Notes under the pieces: model-generated
The model's database searches: none
What the model saw: only the letters and a program-made list of their open reading frames with translations
What the model was told of the DNA's origin: nothing
Part shown: one piece after another, positions 1 to 12,536 of the stretch
Layout: each line of letters opens with the position of its first letter
Numbering within the stretch: position 1 is the first letter of the stretch
Position numbers and translations under genes: made by a program
Assembly (NCBI GenBank): GCA_965216875.1
Contig: OZ244207.1
Span: 3,936,001-4,000,000, forward strand
DNA from: Rubripirellula sp.
Lineage (GTDB): Bacteria; Planctomycetota; Planctomycetia; Pirellulales; Pirellulaceae
Direction of reading: 5' to 3'
Length of the DNA: 64,000 nt

Positions 1-1
1 A

Positions 2-142
2 GCCGGAGCGTTCATTGGTCGATACGACCACGAGCGTCATTGGCCCATCGACTTCACCGCCCACTATTGGCATTTTCTCGATATCGTTTGGCTGTGCATG
101 CTCGTCGCCTTCTGGCTCACCAGCGGCGGGTTTGAGTTTTAG
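2..142 (+). CDS. Cytochrome c oxidase subunit III family protein, 3' end (partial)
   Basis: Frame 2 reads ...HYWHFLDIVWLCMLVAFWLTSGGFEF*. YWHFxDxVW is the COX3/CyoC C-terminal signature. Truncated by the window start. Confidence 0.85.
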   Translation, partial: AGAFIGRYDHERHWPIDFTAHYWHFLDIVWLCMLVAFWLTSGGFEF

Positions 143-175
143 TGAAAGAGAGAGAGTCGCCTTTTGCTCGGCGGG

Positions 176-292
176 CCGTAGCTACCTTCGCCAAAAGGTG
201 GTCGTGCTGGTAGGCCGTCTTCCACTGCACCACGCTCTGGCGAGCGTAGCTACGGAAGTAAGGCCCGACGCTATCTAGCGCGTTCGGGTCAC
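176..292. repeat. REP-like mosaic: inverted pair of family A (GTAGCTACCTTCGCCA.AAGGTGG / CCACGCTCTGGCGAGCGTAGCTAC) plus a family B element
   Basis: 176-201 and 230-255 are inverted copies. 261-292 is a slightly degenerate reverse complement of GTGAGCCGAACGCGCTAGCGTCGGGCC, also seen at 21504, 24485 and 24681. Confidence 0.8.
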
Positions 293-293
293 G

Positions 294-327
294 AAAAAAC
301 GCCTCGATGGACTCCCACCGAGGCGTT
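294..327 (-). terminator. Intrinsic terminator of the 354-1271 gene
   Basis: On the minus strand: AACGCCTCG-loop-CGAGGCGTT followed by a T-run. Confidence 0.65.
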
Positions 328-353
328 GATGTCTTGAACACGATCACCGGAAA

Positions 354-1271
354 CTAGTTGACCGGATTTGGTTCGTAAGGAATGTCCTCAATCAGATCCA
401 TTGGCAATGGAGCGACGTGAAGACCGGCTTCTTTCGAGATTCCATCAACGGCTTCTTGAGCCTTTTGAACGATACTCTCGCGAGTCGTGCCTTTGTAAAG
501 CGTCGAAGAAGCGCCGGGGCTAACCGGACCATCAAAACCGATGGTTTCGAGGTGCTTGATCAGCTTGACGTGATTCAGCGGTCCTTCCTGTTCGGGCAGG
601 GCGCGATCGATGGTCGTCGCTTTGGTTGCATCGACGTCCTCAGGCACCGAAGCCAAACGCACCGCGACAATCTTGTCAGCGGGGATTTCGCTGATTTGAT
701 CCATGGCACCGTCGCCAACGACCCAATCCCATGTGTCGATCAGGTAGCCAACGTTGTCGCTCGCAACCGCGTTGACGAACGAAATGAAGCCTTCGACGTT
801 ACGGACAAACGCGAATTCTTTGCCCTCTTCCAGCTCTTTGCCGGCCGAGAATCCGATGCCGAGCTTGATTTCGCGCGTTTGCAAGGTCGTCGCGATTTGT
901 GCCAAACGCTCACGCTGTGTTTCGAAGTACTCGTGGAAAGGCAGACGATCCGTCGCGGCGGGCAAGCGAACGTAGCATCGGTTGACGCCCAGTTCGCGAG
1001 CCAAGTCGGCGATCGGATGCAGCGTTCCTACTTGAGCGATGAATGCGTCATCATCCGCATCGAGATCGACGTCGAGGTCGAAACCGCCGACTTGAATCTT
1101 GGCGGCGTTGAGGTACTTCGCAGCATCTTCGCTCGAGCTGCGCTGTGCACGACGCAACATTTCGGACATGTCGACGTCCATGCCACTGAAGGCATAGGTC
1201 AGCGCAAGTTCGATCAGTTCGCTTTGGCGACCGTTGATGCCAAGTGCGGTGGGGGAAAAGTTTTTAAACAT
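354..1271 (-). CDS. Sugar phosphate isomerase/epimerase (xylose isomerase-like TIM barrel) family protein
   Basis: AP_endonuc_2-like layout (FSGMDVD, VGYLIDTWDW, DRALP..G...KLIKHLETIGFDGPVS). Likely start is ATG 1271 (MFKNFSP). Confidence 0.7.
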   Translation of the reverse strand: MFKNFSPTALGINGRQSELIELALTYAFSGMDVDMSEMLRRAQRSSSEDAAKYLNAAKIQVGGFDLDVDLDADDDAFIAQVGTLHPIADLARELGVNRCYVRLPAATDRLPFHEYFETQRERLAQIATTLQTREIKLGIGFSAGKELEEGKEFAFVRNVEGFISFVNAVASDNVGYLIDTWDWVVGDGAMDQISEIPADKIVAVRLASVPEDVDATKATTIDRALPEQEGPLNHVKLIKHLETIGFDGPVSPGASSTLYKGTTRESIVQKAQEAVDGISKEAGLHVAPLPMDLIEDIPYEPNPVN

Positions 1272-1397
1272 GGAATGGCTTTCAAGGAAATGGTTCAGGT
1301 TGAATGGGACTCTCAAACGTCCATCACGGGATCGCGCGGGTCACTTTCCAGACTTCCCTCGGCCCACACGCAACGCCATCGCGTCGATGAGGGAGGG

Positions 1398-1575
1398 GGA
1401 CTCAAATCGGACAGACTTCACCACACGTTCCAGCCATCTCGGGAATCGTCATCCATCGTGGATGACGATCGAGCATGGGAAAAACTGCTGGACGTTATTG
1501 GGTGTGGTCGACATCTGGCACCGGTCAACCGATCGCCACACCATCGTTTGCGGTGGGATTTTGAGTGTTGGGTCC
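1398..1575. ncRNA. Candidate structured RNA (long interrupted rod) in the divergent intergenic region
   Basis: Nested complementary blocks 1445-1455/1459-1469, 1434-1441/1470-1478, 1426-1434/1487-1494, 1420-1426/1502-1508 and 1400-1406/1560-1566. Confidence 0.35.
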
Positions 1576-1674
1576 TGTTCTCGAAGGCAAGAGTATCGCA
1601 GAATCACCCTCGGCTAGCCAAGGGGCGTTTCCTCGGCACCCACCCCCGCAAACCAACAAAAAGCGACTCATCGC

Positions 1675-2490
1675 GTGCCAGAGTTGAGTGGAACGACCGA
1701 GGGCGAAATCGAACCGACCGTGATTTTCCTCGGTACCGGCACCAGCGTTGGCGTGCCAGCGATCGGGTGCGATTGCGCCGTTTGCCAAAGCGACGACCCG
1801 CGAAACAACCGGACGCGCAGCTCGATCGTGTTCCAACTGCCCCAAGGCAATCTGCTCGTCGACACCTCGCCCGATCTGCGTACCCAACTGCTGCGGGAAC
1901 GAATCCCACTGATTCACGCCGTCCTGTACACCCACGAGCACGCCGACCACCTCTTTGGCCTCGACGACCTGCGGCTCTTTCCATTTCGCTTAGGAACGCC
2001 CGTCCCGCTCTACTGCGAAGACCAGGTCGAGAAGAGGATTCGCCAATCGTTTGATTACGCGTTTCGAGATCACGAACCGACGCATCCGGGCGCAACGCCA
2101 CAGCTCGAGTTTCGCTCGATTCACCATGCCCCCTTCGAAGCGCTCGGTGTGAAGGTGACGCCGATCCCGATGAAACATGGCCCGCGGTTCGACGTCCTCG
2201 GCTTTCGCATCGGGGATTTCGCCTACTGCACCGACACCAACCACATTCCCGAGTCCTCGATGGAATTGCTTGAAGGTCTCGACACGCTCGTGCTCGGAGC
2301 GCTGCGCCTTTCGCCTCATCCAACGCACTTCAATTTGGAACAAGCGTTGGAGGTGACCGAAAAGCTAAACCCGAGCAAAGCCTACTTCACGCACGTTTGC
2401 CACGACCTCGATCACGCCCCAACAAGCGAGTGGCTTCCAGACGGAATCGAACTGGCCTACGACGGCTTGCGAGTGCCGTTTTCGATTTAG
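1675..2490 (+). CDS. MBL-fold metallo-hydrolase, PhnP/YcfH-like
   Basis: FLGTGTSVGVP..GCDCAVC, LVDTSPD, THEHADH (HxHxDH), YCTD, HPTH, THVCH, AYDG. Confidence 0.9.
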   Translation: MPELSGTTEGEIEPTVIFLGTGTSVGVPAIGCDCAVCQSDDPRNNRTRSSIVFQLPQGNLLVDTSPDLRTQLLRERIPLIHAVLYTHEHADHLFGLDDLRLFPFRLGTPVPLYCEDQVEKRIRQSFDYAFRDHEPTHPGATPQLEFRSIHHAPFEALGVKVTPIPMKHGPRFDVLGFRIGDFAYCTDTNHIPESSMELLEGLDTLVLGALRLSPHPTHFNLEQALEVTEKLNPSKAYFTHVCHDLDHAPTSEWLPDGIELAYDGLRVPFSI

Positions 2491-2589
2491 GTAGATCGCG
2501 CACTCCCGTTTTTCCGTCCCCAATCCCGCGCACCATTTTTCTGCCCCGAATCTTTTTGCCCCTCTTCGATGGCGCGTGATCAATTGGGT

Positions 2590-3519
2590 CTAACGGCGGT
2601 TGCTCAATTTACGAACCGGTCCGTCGCGATAACCGGGATAGCGACGCAATGCCTTTTGAGTCGCTTCCAGACTGCTGCGTCCCGTTTCGACGACCCAAAT
2701 CGGCGGATTGGGATTCCCTTGAACTGGATAGAGGCTGACTTCCCAAGCTGAGGTGATGCCAGCCTGGATCGCTTGCATCTCAAGGTTCATCAACGCAATC
2801 TGTCGATCGTATTGTTGATTGCGTTGGTACGCGGCCGCTTGGTTTTGCAAACGGAATGCATGGTCATCGTGTTTGTCGTAGTCTTCGCGATCCTTCAACC
2901 ACTGCTGCCAACCGGGTCGAAGCACCGCTTGGTCTTTCTGCGAAAGCAAGAAAAAGGGGACGCCATATTCATCACCATTCTCGAGTTCGATCATCACCCC
3001 CTCGAGACTGAAGGTACGCGGTTGTCCCGCCTGCAAACGCAGCCAACGATCGGTGCCAATCTCTTCCGCTTTGCTTGCCGGTTCAAAGTGCTGAATGATC
3101 TTGGGCAACATCTTCTGATAGATCTCAGGAAGATTGTTGACCAATTGATTGTTTGCATAGGAGCGACCACGGCGTGCCTGAAGCACGATGTCGGCTTTGG
3201 CGAAATCGACGATGCGGCCGGGCACCTTCAGGCCATCACTCATCGTCCACAATTGCGTGGCGTTGAGATTGTCGTTGCTGAGCTGTTGGGCTTCCTTCGA
3301 CTTCAGGTACTCGTGATCACGTTGTGACAACTTATTGCGTGGAAACGCGCCAAGTTCTTTGTTGTCGGTACGTTGCAGGATCACGTGCTCGTCATCGAAT
3401 CCGACCAGATCGGCGTCCAGCGAATACAAACCGGTCACGTCTTTCCATTCACGACCATGGGCGTCCGCCGAGACGGCGGCCATCGCGAGCAGGATGACAA
3501 GTGAATGGGCCAATCGCAT
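2590..3519 (-). CDS. Secreted SHD1 (SLA1 homology domain 1) domain protein
   Basis: Signal peptide followed by REWKDVTG..LDADLV...LSQRDHEYL. A second degenerate copy ends VPFFLLSQKDQAVL. Confidence 0.7.
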   Translation of the reverse strand: MRLAHSLVILLAMAAVSADAHGREWKDVTGLYSLDADLVGFDDEHVILQRTDNKELGAFPRNKLSQRDHEYLKSKEAQQLSNDNLNATQLWTMSDGLKVPGRIVDFAKADIVLQARRGRSYANNQLVNNLPEIYQKMLPKIIQHFEPASKAEEIGTDRWLRLQAGQPRTFSLEGVMIELENGDEYGVPFFLLSQKDQAVLRPGWQQWLKDREDYDKHDDHAFRLQNQAAAYQRNQQYDRQIALMNLEMQAIQAGITSAWEVSLYPVQGNPNPPIWVVETGRSSLEATQKALRRYPGYRDGPVRKLSNRR

Positions 3520-3813
3520 AGAAGCATCCCCGGGGTTGCGTTTTCAAGTCAAATTAGAAGTCTCACCTAGAATACAAGGTCATCGCGAAGGCTCAACTCA
3601 TCAAACCCCTCGGCTAGGGCAGTTTCTGCCAATCGGCCAGCGATCAACCGAGCGGGGGAGGAGGCGACTGTCCGGTGTGCTGGCAACATGGAGTGATATT
3701 CGCCCCGTTTTCGCCTGCAATCGGCGTGCAACTTCACTATTTTGGTGTAGTCGCGTGGCTTCCAAACCATGCTCGCCCCCACCCTATCTCTCTCCTCATC
3801 TCTTCTTTTTTGC

Positions 3814-6800
3814 ATGGTCCGCCCTAGCAACCGCTGCCGCGCGCGGCGCCGTCGGCGTCAACGCATCCTGAAATCGGAAAGGCTGGAAAACCGCGAGCTG
3901 CTCGCCGCCGACGTTCGCCTCAACGAATTCCTCGCCTCGAACGACCAAGGGCTATTCGACGGAAATGGCAATCAGCCCGATTGGATTGAGTTGACCAACG
4001 TTGGCGACCAGCTTGCCGACCTGGCGGGCTGGCATCTGACCGATGACGCGACCAACCTCAACAAGTGGACTTTCCCGGACGTTGCGGCCTCCGATTTGAT
4101 GCCCGGCGATTTCCTGGTCGTTTTTGCGTCGGGTGATGGCACGCCCGACCTGGCCGGCAATTTGCACACCAACTTCGAACTCAGTGCCTCCGGTGAATAC
4201 CTCGCGTTGGTCGACCCGCTGCTGAACATCGTCAGCGAATTCGGAACTGGCCAGTCGGATTATCCGCCGCAGCGCACCGACATCTCGTACGGCATCGATT
4301 CGACGCAAAACACTCGGTACATGCTCACTCCGACGCCGGGATCAGCTAATGGCATCGGCTTCGAAGGTTTTGTCAAAGACACGACCTTCAGCGTTGACCG
4401 CGGCTACTTCGTCTCGGCGTTTGATGTCGTGATCGCTTCCGACACCGTCGACGCCACCATCATCTACACCACCGACGGCAGTGAGCCGACATTGACCAAC
4501 GGGACGCAGGTCGCCTCGAGCCCCGGACTGACACCGTCGGCGACCGTTCCGATCGCGACCACGACCACTTTGCGCGCTGCCGCATTCAAAACCGATTTCC
4601 TCGAGACCAATGTCGACACGCAAACGTATCTGTTTCTTGCCGACGTTGGCTCTCAGTCGAACACACCCACCGGCTTCCCAACCACCTGGGGCAGCGCGCC
4701 GGCGGCCGACTACGAAATGGATCCGGAGATCGTTACTAGCTATGGCCAAGAACTGATCGATGCGTTGGGAGACCTACCCGCACTTTCGATCGCGACCGAT
4801 GTCGATGGCCTCTTCGGCGGTGGCGGGATCTACAGCAATCCAACCAACAGCAACCTCGAGATCCCGGTTTCGGCCGAATACATCCTTACCGATGGCTCGA
4901 CCGGATTCCAAATCGATGCCGGGCTGAAGATCGCCGGAGGTGCTAGCCGCAATCCGAACAACTCGCCCAAACACTCAATGAGCCTGCGCTTCCGCAACGA
5001 GTATGGTGCATCGCGGTTGGAATATGAAATGTTTGAAGGCTCGCCGGTGACAAGCTTCAACAGCTTGCAGCTGCGCGCGATGTACAACAACTCTTGGATC
5101 CACTGGGACAATGGTCAACGCAGTCGTGGCACTTTGATTCGCGACCAATTCATCCGTGACTCGTTGATCGCTGCCGGACAAGATGATGCGGGACGCGGCT
5201 CGTACGCACACCTCTTTCTTAACGGGCTGTATTGGGGCGTTTACAACGTGCACGAAAGGCACGACGCGGCCCACTACGCCGAGTATCACGGCGGAAACTC
5301 CGAAGACTACGACGCGCTCAACGGCGGGGCGCCGATCGACGGCAATATCACATCCTGGAACCAACTCAAAACGATCGTTCAAGGCGGCGACTGGAACGCA
5401 ATTCAGCAAGTCCTTGATGTCGACAATTTCATCGATTGGTCGATTGCCATGGCGTTCGGAGGTAACGCTGACCTCAAGACCAACGGAAACTGGCGTGCCG
5501 CCGGCGGCGGACCCGCTGGAGGGCTTTGGCGCATGTATTCCTGGGACGCCGAGCGGATCTTCGAGGGTCTGACGGCGAAACCACCGAGCACCATCACCGA
5601 TGCGACCGGGATGTTCAACGACTTGGTTCAGGTCCCTGAGTTTGTCGTCCGCTTTGGCGACCGCATCCAAGAGCACTTCTTTGCCGATGGCGCGTTGACA
5701 CCAGAAAAGGTGATCCAGCGCTGGGAACAACGGGTCGACGAACTCTCCAAAGCCATGGTCGCTGAATCCGCTCGTTGGGGGGACTACCGGCGAGACGTCC
5801 ATCCGCGCGGCGCGACGCCGTCGCTGTACGAGCGCGACGTGCACTGGAACAACGAGAATACCCGCCTGCTAAACGACTACCTGCCGTTTCGATCCGATTT
5901 CGTCGTCTCCCAATACATCAACGACGGCCTGATGCCGTCCGTTCCCGCGCCTCGGTTTTCTGTCGACGGCACGTTCCAAGATGGCGGTCAAGTCATCGCG
6001 GGAAGCGAGCTTCGACTGATCAGCAACGAAGCCTCCGTCTTCTACACGACCGATGGCAGTGATCCACGTCAGGTCGGTGGTGCTCCCCACCCCGGCGCGA
6101 CGGAGTATCAACCCAACGTCACCGCGACAACGTTGTTGGCAGCCGACTCGGTTTGGAAATATCACGATCTCGGAATTGATCTTGGCCAAGCCTGGCGAGA
6201 ACCGAGTTTTGACGATTCATCGTGGTCGGCTGGAAATGCCGAGCTCGGCTTTGGCGAAGGGGACGAGGCAACCGTGGTTTCGTTCGGCGGCGATCCGTCA
6301 ATGAAACATCGCACCACCTATTTCCGATCCCAATTCAATGCCAGCGCAAACGACCTTACGGCACTAACCCTGCGTCTGAGACGTGATGATGGTGCCGTGG
6401 TTTACCTTAATGGTCAAGAAATCGTTCGCGATAATATGCCGCCCGGAAGCATCACCTACTCGACGGCCGCGCTGCAAGCGGCGCCCGACGATGGCAACAC
6501 TTGGCTGCTTTTCGACGTGCCTTCCGAACTGATTCAGTTGGGCAGCAACACGCTTGCCGTTGAAATTCACCAAAACAGCAACACGAGCAGCGACCTCAGC
6601 TTCAATGCCGAACTGATTGCTACCGAGCAAACGGAAACTCCGATCGTCCTCAACGATTCACTATCCATTCGAGCGAGGACACGCGCAGCCGATGGCACCT
6701 GGTCGGCCATCACCGATTCATTGTTCCTGGTGCCACACGTCCCCGCTTCAGCGGTCAATTTGCGAATCACCGAGATCCACTTCAATCCGCGCGACGATGG

Positions 6801-8775
6801 GGATGCAGAATTCATCGAACTGCAAAACATCACCTCGGGCGCAACCTCCGAGACGATCGATCTTGATTCGCTGCAATTGACCGACGGACCTTCGTCGCCG
6901 TTCGTCTTTCCGCTGGGGACGTCGCTTGGTCCTGGGCAAGTCGCACTTCTCGTGCGCGACCAAACGGCATTCACCGCTGCGTACCCAACGGTCGATTCGA
7001 ATCTGATCGTCGGCCAATACGTCGGAAAACTCTCAAATGGTGGCGAACGAGTTCGATTGCTCGACGCGACTGGGCAAGAAATTGTCGACATCAACTACGA
7101 AGACAACGACCCGTGGCCACGTTGGCCTGATGGATTCGGCGGCAGTCTGGAACTTATTGCCCCCGCGGCAACGCCCAGCGGCCAAAGCGGAAAACCGCAT
7201 CGCTGGCGTGGGAGCGCCGCCCCGAACGGGACGCCGGGCAACGTGCCAGTTGCACCCGCTGGGGTGGTGATCAACGAGGTGCTCGCCCACACCGACCAGC
7301 CGCTGGTCGATTCCATCGAGCTTTTCAACACAACCACGCAAGACATCGATATTGGCGGCTGGTACCTCAGCGATGACGGAGAGAATCCGTTCAAATTTCA
7401 AATTCCCGCGGCAACGATCCTTGCTGCCGGTGGCACAGTCGTCTTCAACGAAGACGATTTCAATCCCCAACCAACCACCCCAAACAACTTCGCGCTCAAC
7501 AGCAGCGAGGGTGACGAAGTTTGGCTGACCCAGGGCGATGGAACGAACATCACCCAATTCGTGGACCAAGTGAGTTTCGGCGCAACGTTCAATGGGGTTT
7601 CCATTGGCCGAGTTGCCGATGGCAACCGACTTGTGCCACTTGCCGCACCCAGCCTCGGCGAGATCAACGGAATGTTTGCCATTTCGGATATTGTCTTGTC
7701 CGAGATCAATTATCACCCCGGTGATCCAAGCAGTGCTGCACTCGCGATCGATCCCAGCCTAACGGACAACGATCTCGAGTTTGTCGAAATCTACAATCGC
7801 CTGGATTCGTCCACTGATTTGACGAATTGGCGCGTGCGCGGAGACGCCGACTTCGATTTCGTAGCGGCAACTCAACTGGGCGGAAAAGGCTCGTTAGTGA
7901 TCGTTGGGTTTGATCCAGAAGTCGCCGCAAACGCGACGCGACTGGCCGCGTTCCGAACGCACTACGGAATTGACGCAAGCGTTTCGATTGTCGGTCCGTT
8001 TACTGGCGGACTCGGAAACGGATTTGGGTTGGTCAAGCTGCAAGCTCCCGATTCTCCACCCGCAGAAACCCCGACGCTCATTCCGCGCGTTGTGGTCGAC
8101 GAAGTCCTCTACGACGATTTCGCTCCTTGGCCCACGGCGGCCGACGGCAATGGACCGTCACTGCAACGAATCAGTCCATCGACATTGGGAACCTATTCAG
8201 GCAGTTGGATCGCTCACACCCCGAGCCCCGGTAACTCGCCCGCTGGGCCAGAGGTTGAATCCATCGTCATTAACGGCGGTTCGGCAACGCGTTCGACGGT
8301 GACGCGAATCGATGTGCAGTTCGATGGCCAGGTCGATGTATCGGAAAACTCCTTCACGTTGGTCAACACAACCACCGGCGAGGAGGTCACTGGTCTGCAA
8401 GTCACGCCTACGTTGGTCGATGGAAAAACGCTGGCAACCCTTTCGTTTATTGCCGGGCCGTCGGTGATCAGTGGAACGGAACCAACCTTGGCAAACACCC
8501 TGGCAGACGGCGACTATCAACTCACGATCCACGCAACCATGATCACTTCGCAATCCTCTGGTTTTGCGATGACAGCCGATACAACGGACAGTTTCTTTCG
8601 CGACTACGGCGACCAAGACGGAAACGGTGCGGTCAATCTGTTCGACTTTGCCGCATTCCGAAACGCGTTTTCACGAATCCTCGGCGATCCACTCTACCGA
8701 GAGGATTTCGACAGCAACCGAGACGGCGTCATCAACCTCTTCGACTTCGCCACCTTCCGAGGAGGCTGGGGTTGA
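3814..8775 (+). CDS. Large secreted lamin-tail-domain/CotH-kinase family protein with planctomycete extracellular signal and C-terminal dockerin-like module
   Basis: N-terminal RRRRQR...ERLENRELLA. Four LTD repeats (NEFLASN..DWIELTN, ITEIHFNP..EFIELQN, INEVLAH..DSIELFN, LSEINYHP..EFVEIYN). YTTDGS Fn3-associated domains, a CotH core (LNGLYWGVY..HER, WDAE, AESARWGD) and two DxxxDGxxNLFDF repeats. Confidence 0.85.
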   Translation: MVRPSNRCRARRRRRQRILKSERLENRELLAADVRLNEFLASNDQGLFDGNGNQPDWIELTNVGDQLADLAGWHLTDDATNLNKWTFPDVAASDLMPGDFLVVFASGDGTPDLAGNLHTNFELSASGEYLALVDPLLNIVSEFGTGQSDYPPQRTDISYGIDSTQNTRYMLTPTPGSANGIGFEGFVKDTTFSVDRGYFVSAFDVVIASDTVDATIIYTTDGSEPTLTNGTQVASSPGLTPSATVPIATTTTLRAAAFKTDFLETNVDTQTYLFLADVGSQSNTPTGFPTTWGSAPAADYEMDPEIVTSYGQELIDALGDLPALSIATDVDGLFGGGGIYSNPTNSNLEIPVSAEYILTDGSTGFQIDAGLKIAGGASRNPNNSPKHSMSLRFRNEYGASRLEYEMFEGSPVTSFNSLQLRAMYNNSWIHWDNGQRSRGTLIRDQFIRDSLIAAGQDDAGRGSYAHLFLNGLYWGVYNVHERHDAAHYAEYHGGNSEDYDALNGGAPIDGNITSWNQLKTIVQGGDWNAIQQVLDVDNFIDWSIAMAFGGNADLKTNGNWRAAGGGPAGGLWRMYSWDAERIFEGLTAKPPSTITDATGMFNDLVQVPEFVVRFGDRIQEHFFADGALTPEKVIQRWEQRVDELSKAMVAESARWGDYRRDVHPRGATPSLYERDVHWNNENTRLLNDYLPFRSDFVVSQYINDGLMPSVPAPRFSVDGTFQDGGQVIAGSELRLISNEASVFYTTDGSDPRQVGGAPHPGATEYQPNVTATTLLAADSVWKYHDLGIDLGQAWREPSFDDSSWSAGNAELGFGEGDEATVVSFGGDPSMKHRTTYFRSQFNASANDLTALTLRLRRDDGAVVYLNGQEIVRDNMPPGSITYSTAALQAAPDDGNTWLLFDVPSELIQLGSNTLAVEIHQNSNTSSDLSFNAELIATEQTETPIVLNDSLSIRARTRAADGTWSAITDSLFLVPHVPASAVNLRITEIHFNPRDDGDAEFIELQNITSGATSETIDLDSLQLTDGPSSPFVFPLGTSLGPGQVALLVRDQTAFTAAYPTVDSNLIVGQYVGKLSNGGERVRLLDATGQEIVDINYEDNDPWPRWPDGFGGSLELIAPAATPSGQSGKPHRWRGSAAPNGTPGNVPVAPAGVVINEVLAHTDQPLVDSIELFNTTTQDIDIGGWYLSDDGENPFKFQIPAATILAAGGTVVFNEDDFNPQPTTPNNFALNSSEGDEVWLTQGDGTNITQFVDQVSFGATFNGVSIGRVADGNRLVPLAAPSLGEINGMFAISDIVLSEINYHPGDPSSAALAIDPSLTDNDLEFVEIYNRLDSSTDLTNWRVRGDADFDFVAATQLGGKGSLVIVGFDPEVAANATRLAAFRTHYGIDASVSIVGPFTGGLGNGFGLVKLQAPDSPPAETPTLIPRVVVDEVLYDDFAPWPTAADGNGPSLQRISPSTLGTYSGSWIAHTPSPGNSPAGPEVESIVINGGSATRSTVTRIDVQFDGQVDVSENSFTLVNTTTGEEVTGLQVTPTLVDGKTLATLSFIAGPSVISGTEPTLANTLADGDYQLTIHATMITSQSSGFAMTADTTDSFFRDYGDQDGNGAVNLFDFAAFRNAFSRILGDPLYREDFDSNRDGVINLFDFATFRGGWG

Positions 8776-8854
8776 GCCACGTTCCACCCCCAATCCAACC
8801 AACGAAGTTAGTGATTTGTCGGCAGCATCTTTTCGTGTGCCGGATCGGTAAGTG

Positions 8855-9234
8855 AGCCGCGAAGAACACAAAAGGGCACGAAAAGACACAAAAACAAAGA
8901 CGTGCCAAATGCATTCTGTGACTTGTCGATCGTATCAGAGAACGCGAACTGCACACGTTTGAAACATGAGCAAATCGAGAGTCTGTTCTCTTCGTGCCTT
9001 GTTGTGCTTCTTGTGGCCCTCACTTCTTGAGCCCACCGCATTCAAAATCACGCATGATTCGAGTCGGTAGCGAGCTGAAGAGAAGAGGCAGCCACAAAAA
9101 ACACGAAAAGGCACGAAAAAAGAGACGTGCTTCAGAGTGTCGATCGAATTAGCGAGCGAGCACCCTCTCTTCTTGAGCTCAGCACATTCCAACTCGCGTA
9201 TGATTCGAATCGGTCGTGAGCTGTAGAGAAAAGG
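8855..9234. repeat. Degenerate repeat block: ~10-bp periodic CAC(A/G)AAA(A/G) arrays and a ~65-bp imperfect direct repeat
   Basis: Arrays at 8855-8905, 8991-9017 (inverted) and 9091-9130. Direct repeat 9023-9088 vs 9169-9234 (CTTCTTGAGC...ATGATTCGA.TCGGT.G.GAGCTG.AGAGAA.AGG). Confidence 0.65.
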
Positions 9235-9330
9235 TTGCCATCCTCATTTCCCCAAACAGAGCTTCGGCCGGAAACCGTGCGCTCTTCCGCCTGAAGGCGG
9301 CATTACGAACGGAGGGCCTAAAAAGGCAAT

Positions 9331-9368
9331 AAAAAAACCCTTTGCAGCCGAAGCTACAAAGGGTTTTT
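9331..9368 (-). terminator. rRNA operon intrinsic terminator
   Basis: AAAACCCTTTGTAGC-TTCG-GCTGCAAAGGGTTTTTTT immediately 3' of 5S. Confidence 0.85.
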
Positions 9369-9372
9369 AAAA

Positions 9373-9482
9373 ATCCGGCAATACCTACTTTCACGCTGGT
9401 GTGCACTATCATCGGCTCGGAAAGCTTGACTGCTGTGTTCGGGATGGGAACAGGTAGAACCTTTCCGATATGGTCGCCGGAA
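9373..9482 (-). rRNA. rrf: 5S rRNA
   Basis: Reverse complement contains CCTGTTCCCATCCCGAACACAGCAGTCAAG...GCCGATGATAGT...GTGAAAGTAGG. Ends approximate. Confidence 0.95.
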
Positions 9483-9640
9483 AGACCACACATACGGGTA
9501 TTCCACCGCATGTGGGCCAGTTGTTTGGTAGTTGTATTGAAAAGAACCGCGTTTCTAGTTGACGCGTTGTGTGTTTCCTAAGCGAGTTAGAAAACGTTGT
9601 CATTGATGATCTGGTTAGATATCCGAGTGCGGGATATCGA

Positions 9641-12536
<2,896 letters not shown>

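Noticed and set aside
417..2054. 545-aa plus-strand ORF, and similar long antisense ORFs (17448-18443, 19093-20325, 40665-42425, 42597-43766, 58715-59746)
   Set aside because: They are shadow frames opposite well-supported genes, expected from codon bias in GC-rich DNA, and contain no recognisable motifs.
2505..2562. Short ATTTTTCTGCCCC/ATCTTTTTGCCCC tandem motif between convergent genes
   Set aside because: Only 2-3 degenerate units, too little to support a feature call from this window alone.
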